Shown here: in pieces, positions 1 through 10,593 of the stretch
How positions within the stretch are numbered: the stretch's first letter is position 1
Layout: each line of letters opens with the position of its first letter
DNA from: Chloroflexota bacterium
GTDB taxonomy: Bacteria > Chloroflexota > Dehalococcoidia > UBA2979
Direction: 5' to 3'
NCBI GenBank assembly: GCA_027593235.1
Contig: JAQCIU010000025.1
Location: forward strand, 1-45,801
DNA: 45,801 nt
Translations under genes and position numbers: made by a program
The notes under the pieces: generated by a model
The model's input: only the letters and a program-made list of their open reading frames with translations
What the model was told of the DNA's origin: nothing
Databases searched by the model: none

Positions 1-2
1 CG

Positions 3-122
3 CCCGCGCCCGCGCCGCCGGTCGTGGCTCCGCCTGCCCCACCCCCACCCGTGGCCGCCGCTCCCGCTCCACCGCCGCCACCGGCACCGCCTCCGCCGAC
101 GCCCACCACCAAGGCTTCCTGA
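3..122 (+). CDS. 3' end of a Pro/Ala-rich protein (5'-truncated by the window), ending ...PPPPTPTTKAS*
   Basis: The frame starting at 3 reads PAPAPPVVAPPAPPPPVAAAPAPPPPPAPPPPTPTTKAS. TGA 120-122 overlaps the apbE ATG (TGATG), indicating translational coupling. Confidence 0.75.
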   Translation, partial: PAPAPPVVAPPAPPPPVAAAPAPPPPPAPPPPTPTTKAS

Positions 123-1030
123 TGACGACGTTCACGCCGCCCTCCTCCGCCGTGGCGACTGCGCGCCACACCTACAACGAGGTCCTCGAGTTCCGCGCGA
201 TGGGCACGGCCTGGTGGATCGGCGCTGACGGCGTCGACCGCGAAACGCTCGCCGCCGTCCCTGCACTCGTCGAACTCGAGGAGCAGCGCTGCTCCCGCTT
301 CCGCGCTCACTCGCTGCTCTCGAGGCTCAACGCGGCGCGGTTGGTGACCGACACCTCGCTCGCCGCGATCGTTCGCGCCGCGTTGCTGGTGCAAGAGCGC
401 ACCGGCGGCGCGTTCGATGTCGCCGTGGGCGACGCGGTCATCGCCTCCGGCTACGACCGCACGTTCGAGGCCCTGACCGGCTGCGCCGGCCCGGCGCCCC
501 AGAGCGACGTCGAAGTCGCCGTCGACGGCGACCGCGCCTGGTTGCTCGGCGCCGGCACCATCGACCTCGGTGGGATCGCGAAGGGCTGGACCGCCGACCT
601 CGTCGGACGCCATCTCGCGGACTGCGGCGCGACGCGCTGGCTCGTCGATGCCGGGGGCGACATCGTCGCCGGCGGTCGCCCCGGCCTGTGCCGCGAAGAG
701 CCGATCGCCGTCGGGTTCACCGGGTACACCGTCGGCATCGAGGTGGGCGCGGTCGCCACCTCCTCGACGACACGCCGCGCGTGGGACACGCCGCTCGGCC
801 GCATGCATGACATCGTCGCGCCGGCGACCGGGCGACCGGCCGAGGGCCCGCACGTCCTCGCGACCGTCGTCGCACCGACCGCGATGGTCGCGGACGCGCT
901 GGCGACGGCGATGCTCGCGGACGCGACGCTCGCGATCGGCGCGCTCGCGGCCTACGACGCTGACGTGCTGCTGATCGACGGCCAGGGCGGCGCCACGATG
1001 ACCCCGGGGATGGAGCGCTACCTCCGATGA
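122..1030 (+). CDS. apbE: FAD:protein FMN transferase (ApbE family)
   Basis: ApbE motifs FRAMGT, SRF..S.LSRLN, TGGAFD, DLGGIAKGW.AD, VDAGGD, VATSS and ADALATA. No obvious signal peptide. Confidence 0.92.
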   Translation: MTTFTPPSSAVATARHTYNEVLEFRAMGTAWWIGADGVDRETLAAVPALVELEEQRCSRFRAHSLLSRLNAARLVTDTSLAAIVRAALLVQERTGGAFDVAVGDAVIASGYDRTFEALTGCAGPAPQSDVEVAVDGDRAWLLGAGTIDLGGIAKGWTADLVGRHLADCGATRWLVDAGGDIVAGGRPGLCREEPIAVGFTGYTVGIEVGAVATSSTTRRAWDTPLGRMHDIVAPATGRPAEGPHVLATVVAPTAMVADALATAMLADATLAIGALAAYDADVLLIDGQGGATMTPGMERYLR

Positions 1031-1680
1031 CCTCCTCGAAGCTGCGCCCGGCCACGATCGTTGCGCTCGCCGTGATCGCCATTGCCGCCACGCGCGCACT
1101 GCCGGCGTTCTTCGCGCTGTGGGACACCGAGGCGCCGCTGCAATGGTGGACGTCGCGCGCGACCGGGTTCGTCGCCTACGTCGCGCTCTGGGCCTCGATG
1201 GTCCTCGGCCTGATGATCAGCGCACGAGGGCTCGACGGGGTGATCAACCGAAAGACAGTGCTCGAGCTGCACCAGCAGTGGACGCTCGCCGCGGTGATCG
1301 CGCTTGGCTTCCACATCGCCGCGATCGTCGGTGATCCCTACGTCGACATGTCGTGGCGGAGCGCCTTGGTCCCGGGGTCGTCGGCATACATGCCCGGAGC
1401 CGTCGCGCTCGGCGCTATCGCCACCTGGGGCGTCGCCCTGCTCGCGCTCTCCAGTTGGCTCCAGCGCCGCATCAACTACACCGTCTGGCGGGTGATCCAC
1501 ACCACGGCCTTCGGCACGTTCCTCGTTGGACTGGTCCACGGCGTCGTGTCCGGCACCGACTCGGGGACCATCGGCGCGCAGGCGCTTTACGTCGCGACGG
1601 CGGCGCTGCTCGTCGGCGGCGTGATTTTCCGGGTCCTCTACTTCCCCACCAAACCGAGCCGCGCGCGAGCACCCGCGTGA
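1027..1680 (+). CDS. Ferric reductase-like (MsrQ-like) heme-binding transmembrane protein
   Basis: About 6 hydrophobic segments. Motifs WWTSRATG, LHQ..., FH, WRVIH and VHG...GTD, with His residues spaced as heme ligands. ATGA overlap with apbE. Confidence 0.85.
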   Translation: MTSSKLRPATIVALAVIAIAATRALPAFFALWDTEAPLQWWTSRATGFVAYVALWASMVLGLMISARGLDGVINRKTVLELHQQWTLAAVIALGFHIAAIVGDPYVDMSWRSALVPGSSAYMPGAVALGAIATWGVALLALSSWLQRRINYTVWRVIHTTAFGTFLVGLVHGVVSGTDSGTIGAQALYVATAALLVGGVIFRVLYFPTKPSRARAPA

Positions 1681-1731
1681 CGGCACGGCACGATCCCGAG
1701 ACGATGCCATTGGGCAGAGAAGTGCGATGAG

Positions 1732-2930
1732 ATGACCGAACCACCGTTCCCCCCGCGCGAGCCGGGCGATCCGCCTGACCTCGACCGCGTCATCCGCGGA
1801 CTCCGCGATGCGTGGACCGAGGTCCCCGACGCCGATCGTTCCGCGATCTGGCAAGCGATCGAGGGGCACCTGGGGCCGCAGGACAATCCGGGACGCGATC
1901 CGCGCCCCGGATTCTTGCGTGGTGCGTTCGGCGGTGTGTTGCACGGTTGGGGCGGCCTCTTCAGCGGCAACCCGCTGCGCCAGATCGCGATCGCCGGCGC
2001 AGCAGTGATCGTGGTCGGTGCGCTCGTACTCAGCGGCACGTTCCGCTCCGGGACCAGCGCCAGCGCGGAAGTCCTCGCGCAGGTGAACACACTCTCATTG
2101 ACGACCATCGCTGCACTCGATGACGACGACCTCAGCGCCGAGGAGATTCTCCAGCTCCGCGATGAGGCGCGGCGGCTGCTCGCACAGATCGACGACGACG
2201 ATCAGGCCTTGCGAGGGCTCACCGCCGAGCAACTGGCCGGTGTTGTCGACACCCTGCAGCGCCTGATCCTCCGCCTCGACGATCACGAGGACATCGACGA
2301 CGACGACTTCCATGAGACCGTCGCCTCGATCCGCACCACCAGCGAGCGCGCCGAGGGCGTGCGACGCGAGCACGAGGACGACGACGACGATCACGACGCG
2401 ACCGCCACCCCGCTCGCGGCGCTGACCGCACAGCCAACGGCAGTCCGCGGCACCGCGTCCGCCACACCGACGGCCGCCGCCGCGGCGAGCACCGCCCAGC
2501 CGACGGCCACGTCCGAGGTCGAACACGACCCCGAGGACGATGACCATCCCTCCGCGACCGCCTCGGCGACGCCCGTGAAGACACCGTCGCCGTCACCGAC
2601 GAAGACCGGGACGCCCGGCGGTACAGCGACACCAGCACCCACGTCGAGCCCCGCGCCGGGGACGAACAGCGAGCAGACAATCCCGGCCGTTCCAGCCACC
2701 TATGTCCGGAGCGTCGGGGCGGCCGGCTCCGTCACCTTCGCCTACGGCTCCGGCCAGCTCACCGTGGTCAGCGTGACGAAGGCCACTGGTTGGCAGGCAA
2801 TCGTCGAGGAGTCCGCCGGCTCCGAGATCCGCGTCCGCTTCATCTCGGGAGGTACCAACGCGCGGTTCGAGGTCGAGCGACAGGACGCCACCCTCGAAAT
2901 CACCATCTCGTGGTCAACGGGGGCGAGCTA

Positions 2931-2931
<1 letters not shown>
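1732..2931 (+). CDS. Single-pass membrane protein, putative anti-sigma factor: N-terminal cytoplasmic segment, TM helix, acidic helical region, Pro/Thr linker, C-terminal beta-rich domain
   Basis: One TM segment (IAIAGAAVIVVGALVLS), Asp/His-rich tracts and a PT-rich linker. Stop TAA overlaps the ECF sigma ATG. Confidence 0.6.
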
Positions 2932-5133
<2,202 letters not shown>

Positions 5134-5428
5134 GGCCGCGGTCCTTCTCGGGCCTGTAGCGAAACGCGGGGGTGTGGCCCCCGCAGCAGTCTGGCGTCCG
5201 CGCTAGAACCAACCCGCGTCGCGGGACGCGAGCCAGACAAAGGCGCCGTACGGCACGCCGGCAACCGGCAGACCGCGGCGGTCGCTCGCTGTCGCATCCC
5301 CGATCATCGAGCGGTTCGAGCGAGGCCGCAGGCGCCGCCGTTACCTCCCGCTAGTCCTCCCGCGGGGCATCCTCTCGCAGTCGCGGTCCGCGCGTGCGAT
5401 GCTCGCCAGTCCACGGAGGGGGCAAACG

Positions 5429-6748
5429 ATGGCTGAGCAGACTCGAGCACGCTGGACGAACTGGGCGGGGAACCAATCCGCCGCACCGCTGCGGATCCAC
5501 AAGCCGCGCAGCGAAGAGGAAATGGTCGCGGTCGTGCGCCGCGCCGTTGCTCGGGGCGAACGGGTCAAGGCCGTCGGCTCCGGCCACTCCTTCACCTCGA
5601 TCGCCCTCACCGACGGCCACCTGCTCGATCTCACCGAGTACAACCGCATCGTCGAGAGCACCACCGACCACGACCCGGAACGGCACTACGTCACCGTCCA
5701 GTCCGGCATCCGGCTCAAGGAGCTGAACCCACAGCTCTGGGACCTCGGCTACTCCCTGACCAACCTCGGCGACGTCGCCTACCAGTCGATCTCCGGCGCG
5801 GTCTCCACCGCCACCCACGGCACCGGCAAGGACGTCGGCGGCCTCGCCACCCAGATCCAAGGGCTGCGCGTCATCACCGGTGACGGCGACATCGTCGACT
5901 GCTCCATGGACAACGAGCGCGAACTCTTCCAGGCCGCCCGCGTCGGCGTCGGCGCCGCCGGCCTCATCTCCACCGTCACCCTCGAGGTAGAGCCCGCCTT
6001 CAACCTCCGCGCGCAGGAGATCCTGATGGACGCGCAGGTCCTCTTCGACAAAATGGACGGCTTCCTCGCCGACAACGAGCACTTCGAGTTCTTCTGGTAC
6101 CCCGGCTCCGATAACGCCCTCACCAAGCGCAACAACCGCACCACCGCCGAGGCCGAGCCGCTCCCACGCTGGCGCGAGTTCGTCAACGACGAAGTCGTCG
6201 GCCACCGCTACATGGCGCAGGCAACCAAACTGCTCCGCGTCCCCGGCGTCCGCATGAAGCTCCGCAGCGCCCTCGAGGGCGCGCGCGGCGAATACGTGGA
6301 ACGCTCCTACAAGGTCTTCACCTCGGAGCGAAAAATCCGCTTCTACGAGATGGAATACTTCATCCCCAGCGAGCACGCCCGCGAAGCCTTCGAGCGCGTC
6401 CGCAACCTCATCGATCGCTCCGGCTTCGGCGTCGTCATGCCCATCGAAATGCGCTGGGTTGCCCCCGACGACATCCCGCTCAGCACCGCCTACGGCCGCC
6501 CCACCACCTCAATCGCCGTCCACATGCTCAAGCACCAGGAATTCCAGCCCTACTTCGAAGCCGTCGAAACCATCATGAACGACTACGAAGGCCGCCCCCA
6601 CTGGGGCAAGCTGCACTTCCAAACCCACCGCAGCCTCGCCCCGCTCTACCCCGAATGGGACGCCTACCAGCGCGCCCGCAAACGCCTCGACCCCCGCGGC
6701 ACCTTCGCCAACGAATACACAGACCGCGTCCTGGGCCCGGTGAGGTAG
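5429..6748 (+). CDS. FAD-linked oxidase, D-arabinono-1,4-lactone / L-gulonolactone oxidase family
   Basis: WTNWAGNQ, VGSGHSF (covalent-FAD His), STATHGTG, FYEMEY and GRPHWGK. GGAGG SD precedes ATG 5429. Confidence 0.9.
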   Translation: MAEQTRARWTNWAGNQSAAPLRIHKPRSEEEMVAVVRRAVARGERVKAVGSGHSFTSIALTDGHLLDLTEYNRIVESTTDHDPERHYVTVQSGIRLKELNPQLWDLGYSLTNLGDVAYQSISGAVSTATHGTGKDVGGLATQIQGLRVITGDGDIVDCSMDNERELFQAARVGVGAAGLISTVTLEVEPAFNLRAQEILMDAQVLFDKMDGFLADNEHFEFFWYPGSDNALTKRNNRTTAEAEPLPRWREFVNDEVVGHRYMAQATKLLRVPGVRMKLRSALEGARGEYVERSYKVFTSERKIRFYEMEYFIPSEHAREAFERVRNLIDRSGFGVVMPIEMRWVAPDDIPLSTAYGRPTTSIAVHMLKHQEFQPYFEAVETIMNDYEGRPHWGKLHFQTHRSLAPLYPEWDAYQRARKRLDPRGTFANEYTDRVLGPVR

Positions 6749-6805
6749 CTTCGCAGTTAGACTTCCGCTAATCTTCCGTGCTATTGGACACGGAGCGGGG
6801 GCACT

Positions 6806-7528
6806 GTGACCACATCGTCGACCGCAGACATGTTTCGGCAACTGCAGGGACGCCTTGAGGCTGACCTCCAACTAAGCCGATTTGCTGTTGCGCATGGGCC
6901 GACCAAGGGCGTCGCCAGAGAGTTGAACTGGATCGGCATGCTGCGGGGTTTTCTCCCCGCTCGCTACCGAGTTGATCACGCGTTCGTCGTCGACTCAAAG
7001 GGTGGCATCAGCGAGCAGATCGACATCGCGATCTACGACCGGCAGTACACGCCGATGCTGTTGGAGCTGGGAGATACGAAGGTCCTGTTTGCCGAAAGCG
7101 TCTATGCGGTGCTTGAGGTCAAGCAAGAGATATCGAAGACCACGATTGGCGAGGCTGCCGCCAAGGCAGCGTCTGTTCGAAATCTCGTACGCACTGCGGC
7201 ACCGATTCCACACGCAGGGGGCGTCGAAGTTCCGCGTCCCCACTTTGACATCCTCGCGGGAATCGTTGCGACGGCCAGCTCTTGGACCCCACCTATGGGT
7301 GAGGCGTTTCGCACCGCATTGAATGAACTTACGCTCCCGGGCGCTCTCGATATCGGCTGCGTTGCCCACGACGGAGCGTTCTCGAAGGTAGATGATGGCC
7401 CGATCAAATTCGTCGATCGGACCCACGCTTTAGCCTTCTTTGCACTGAGGCTCACAGCTGCACTTCAACGCGTTGCTACCGTGCCAGCCATCGAATTCGG
7501 GGAGTACGAGAAGCTGCTGGGAGGCTGA
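6806..7528 (+). CDS. nucC: CBASS effector endonuclease NucC (DUF6602-like)
   Basis: H.PTKG..RE..W...L..FLP.RY, VVDSKG..SEQIDIAIYDRQYTP and AESVYAVLEVKQ (ID-ExK nuclease motif), with C-terminal ATVPAIEF..Y. All match NucC. Lies next to a CD-NTase. Confidence 0.9.
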   Translation: MTTSSTADMFRQLQGRLEADLQLSRFAVAHGPTKGVARELNWIGMLRGFLPARYRVDHAFVVDSKGGISEQIDIAIYDRQYTPMLLELGDTKVLFAESVYAVLEVKQEISKTTIGEAAAKAASVRNLVRTAAPIPHAGGVEVPRPHFDILAGIVATASSWTPPMGEAFRTALNELTLPGALDIGCVAHDGAFSKVDDGPIKFVDRTHALAFFALRLTAALQRVATVPAIEFGEYEKLLGG

Positions 7529-7533
7529 TCGAC

Positions 7534-8565
7534 ATGTTGGGCACTCAGTTCCTCGAAGCAACAACACGGGTCGATATCGGACGTCCGCGCCGTCTGTTCG
7601 CGCAACGATGCCATGTGGAGGTGCGCGGGGTCCTCGAATCGGATGCTCTACTCAGGGAGTGGGGAATAGACACCGTCCTCATCGGGTCCTATTCCCGCCA
7701 CACGGGGATTCATCCCGGGCGGGATGTGGATGTCTTCTGCAAGCTGACAAGCTTGGATGTGGCAGCGGAACCGAGAACGGTCTTTGACCAGATTACTGAC
7801 GTGTTGAAAGGCCATTTCGGTGACGCCCGATTGGAGTACGACCCACCTCGTCGCTCGATCAAAGTAGCGTTCAGCGAGGCCGGACTGGAGCTGGCCGTCG
7901 ACGCCGTTCCCGCGGTGCGCTGGGATGGGCGCTGGGGTATCCCGAACAGGGATCTCGGTTTGTGGTCGGACTTGAACTCGTCGGTTCGATGGGTTTTGAC
8001 CGACCCCGAGCGGCTCGGTGACCTAACCACCGACCTGAATGGTGATGTCGAAATCGCTGAACGAGGCGCCTACGTACCGGCTGTGAGGCTGATACGGCAG
8101 ATTCGCGACACGGCACTTGGTGATGAGAAGCCTGGGGGACTGTACTTCGAACTCCTAGCTTACTGGGCGGCCAAGAGCGGCGTCGCCCGTACCGATGACT
8201 GGGATCTCTTCATCGCTGATCTTCTTGGTCGCATTGCCGCTGAACTCGCGGGCAGCGACACGAGCATAGTCTTAGATCCGGCCTCGCAGACGCCCTTCGC
8301 TCCTCCACCGTCTGGTCCCGAACTCACTAGGGCTGCCGGCGAATTCGCTCAGATCGCCGCTGATGCGGCGGCGGCGAATGCCCTCACGGATGTGTGCGAG
8401 GCGGCTGCGATCTGGCGCCGGATCCTCGGCGAGAACCCGCGGGGGTGGTGTTTTCCGTTGCCTGACGGCTGCGACGACGAGGGAAACGAAGTCGCCCCGA
8501 TCTCGAGTGTTCGGAGTCGTGGTCCGAGGGAGGCGCGCGGTTATGGCGGCGGTCGAGACGCTTGA
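7534..8565 (+). CDS. CBASS cGAS/DncV-like nucleotidyltransferase (CD-NTase)
   Basis: GSYSRHT...DVDV Pol-beta-type active site, third Asp in VDAVPA, W..TDPE, and RLIRQIR...GLYFELL. Located between nucC and the E2/E1 gene. Confidence 0.9.
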   Translation: MLGTQFLEATTRVDIGRPRRLFAQRCHVEVRGVLESDALLREWGIDTVLIGSYSRHTGIHPGRDVDVFCKLTSLDVAAEPRTVFDQITDVLKGHFGDARLEYDPPRRSIKVAFSEAGLELAVDAVPAVRWDGRWGIPNRDLGLWSDLNSSVRWVLTDPERLGDLTTDLNGDVEIAERGAYVPAVRLIRQIRDTALGDEKPGGLYFELLAYWAAKSGVARTDDWDLFIADLLGRIAAELAGSDTSIVLDPASQTPFAPPPSGPELTRAAGEFAQIAADAAAANALTDVCEAAAIWRRILGENPRGWCFPLPDGCDDEGNEVAPISSVRSRGPREARGYGGGRDA

Positions 8566-10105
8566 TCAGGCGTCATTGGAGCGATTCCACACGGAACTGA
8601 TCGCTCACGGATATGAACCATCGGACGATGACTTGCGCGATTGGCGCGGGCCCGCTCCCGCCAGCTTCGGCGCGCTTACAGGCGCAGGTGAGATGCGACT
8701 GATGTTTCGGGATGGCTGGCCGTATCGCTGGCCAGCTTGCTACGTGGAAGGTCTCGATCTCGAGCACGTCACTGGGACGGGCGACGTATGCCTGTGGATT
8801 CCCGGCGATGAGTCCATGGAGTGGGTCACCTTCGAAGGCGTACTGAACAGGATTGAAGAATGGTGCACTGATGCGCAGCGCGGTTTCCCCGATCAGCCTC
8901 GCCCGCTCGACGCTCACCTCTATTTCAGGTCAAAGAAGGGCCTTGGGCTCGTCGATCTTGATGGGCTGGTTGGTCCGGCGCCCGATGACGGTGCGATATT
9001 TCCGATGCGCGGACAACCCCGTCATGGAGGACGGGTTGTCAGGCTTTCCCGGTTACCAGATCACCTCCTCGCGCTACTTCAACAATCCGACACCGACATA
9101 GGCGGCCGCGCTTATACGCGAGACGACATACTACATCCACCACGTTCCTTTGACGAGTTTCGCGCAGCTCTAACGGCCGAGCAGTTGCGTGACCTCGATC
9201 TGCGTGTTTTGGGGCCGATCGAGTCCGGGGAACGAGAGCTCGCGCTGGCTCTACTCGTTTGGCGCATTCACGGCGCGAGAAACGCCCTACTTCTCGTCTT
9301 TCGACGCGTTAGCACCGGCACGGACTTGTTCGCCATCGAGTTGGCCGAATCCGACGTCAAGACTCTGACGCTCCGGTCAGGACCAGCCCAGGCGGTCTTA
9401 CGAGATAAACGTGTCTGCCTGTTTGGCGTCGGTGCGATCGGCTCCACACTCGCAGTCGCGCTCTCGGCCTCGGGCCTTGGCTCGCTCCGTCTGGTTGACG
9501 GCGACATCCTCCGTCCCGGAAACGTGGTGCGACACACCGGGTCTCGTTCAGACGTAGGTCGCGCCAAGGTTGATGTGGTGCGACTCGCGCTATCTCAGGA
9601 CGCCGTCTGGACAGGGGTCGATGCGGTACGCGAAGAGGCAAATGATCCCGGTCGGATCGCTGAGCTGATCAACGACGCTGACGTCGCAATCGACGCAACC
9701 GGTGCCGCCTTGTTCACGGATCTCGTTTCCCGAGTCGCAAGCCTGAATGCAACCAGTCTTGTGTCTGCGGCCCTCTATCGGGGTGGGCGCATTTCGCGCG
9801 TACGCCGTCAGCGGGAGGGGGTGATGCCGATCTTTCATCGCTGGAATAAACCTGGCGCTTTCCCCACGATACCGATAGGAGATGACGACTTGATTGGCTT
9901 CGAGCTAGGGTGTTCGGCCCCGACGGCGAACGCCTCTCCGGTATCGGTTCTCTCTGTTGCGTCGCTCGCAGCTCGCGTTGTCATCGATTTACTCTCTGGG
10001 GCTCTAGAGCTCCCGGATGAGATCGTCGACGTGCTCGAGACGGTCGAGGCGCCATTTGACAGTCGGGGATGGGTGTCGTTTGAAGTCGAAAGTTCTGATG
10101 ACTGA
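8543..10105 (+). CDS. cap2: CBASS Cap2: E2-like domain plus ThiF/E1 adenylation domain
   Basis: N-terminal E2-like region (GWPYRWP...HVTGTGDVCLW). C-terminal ThiF motifs GVGAIGS, LVDGD.LRPGNVVRH, K and IDATG, plus E1 Cys in ELGCSAP. Start set at ATG 8543, overlapping the CD-NTase end. Confidence 0.88.
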   Translation: MAAVETLDQASLERFHTELIAHGYEPSDDDLRDWRGPAPASFGALTGAGEMRLMFRDGWPYRWPACYVEGLDLEHVTGTGDVCLWIPGDESMEWVTFEGVLNRIEEWCTDAQRGFPDQPRPLDAHLYFRSKKGLGLVDLDGLVGPAPDDGAIFPMRGQPRHGGRVVRLSRLPDHLLALLQQSDTDIGGRAYTRDDILHPPRSFDEFRAALTAEQLRDLDLRVLGPIESGERELALALLVWRIHGARNALLLVFRRVSTGTDLFAIELAESDVKTLTLRSGPAQAVLRDKRVCLFGVGAIGSTLAVALSASGLGSLRLVDGDILRPGNVVRHTGSRSDVGRAKVDVVRLALSQDAVWTGVDAVREEANDPGRIAELINDADVAIDATGAALFTDLVSRVASLNATSLVSAALYRGGRISRVRRQREGVMPIFHRWNKPGAFPTIPIGDDDLIGFELGCSAPTANASPVSVLSVASLAARVVIDLLSGALELPDEIVDVLETVEAPFDSRGWVSFEVESSDD

Positions 10106-10559
10106 GACCGCGTACCGGGAGCTCGTCGCGTTGGCCGATGATGCTCACCCGTACGAAACGGGTGGCATTTTGGTGGGAGTTCAGTCGGACGATTACCCCT
10201 GGATTACGCAAGCCCTGGAACTCAAGGGTGACAATGCGTCAAAGAATCGGTTCCGGCTCGAGGGCGATATCGGACGGGCGGCGGTCGATAGCGTCCGGGC
10301 GGGAGATGCTCGGCTCGGGTATTTGGGCGACTGGCACTCACACCCATTCGATGTCTCCGCAAGCCCCCGGGATCTAGCGGCACTTGAGGTGATCACAGCG
10401 GCGGAGCAGGGCGAGCCGCTCTCGCCCTTCATTGTCGTAGTGCGGCGAACTGCACGCGGGCAGCGGCTCGATGTTCTGCGACACGACGGGGACGGCGTAT
10501 TGTCGTGCGACATCGTCGTGACTGGAGAACTGCCTCCTTCCAACGCGCGTCCGCGCTGA
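10080..10559 (+). CDS. cap3: CBASS Cap3 JAB/MPN (Mov34) metallopeptidase
   Basis: P.ETGGILVG and YLGDWHSHP....ASPRD (JAMM HxH...S..D). Start is TTG 10080 or ATG 10098. Confidence 0.9.
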   Translation: MKSKVLMTETAYRELVALADDAHPYETGGILVGVQSDDYPWITQALELKGDNASKNRFRLEGDIGRAAVDSVRAGDARLGYLGDWHSHPFDVSASPRDLAALEVITAAEQGEPLSPFIVVVRRTARGQRLDVLRHDGDGVLSCDIVVTGELPPSNARPR

Positions 10560-10593
10560 CCGGGCCGACGTTGAATACTTCGAAAAGAACCGC

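Larger units (their letters stand above)
6749..10593 (+). other. Type II CBASS defence island (nucC, CD-NTase, cap2, cap3), probably horizontally acquired
   Basis: Four coupled genes with visibly more A/T-ending codons than the flanks. Sits between the lactone oxidase 3' end and a convergent amidohydrolase. Confidence 0.85.

Noticed and set aside
8363-8542. N-terminal extension of Cap2 given by the ORF track
   Set aside because: It overlaps the CD-NTase C-terminus and is Arg-rich noise. ATG 8543 fits better.
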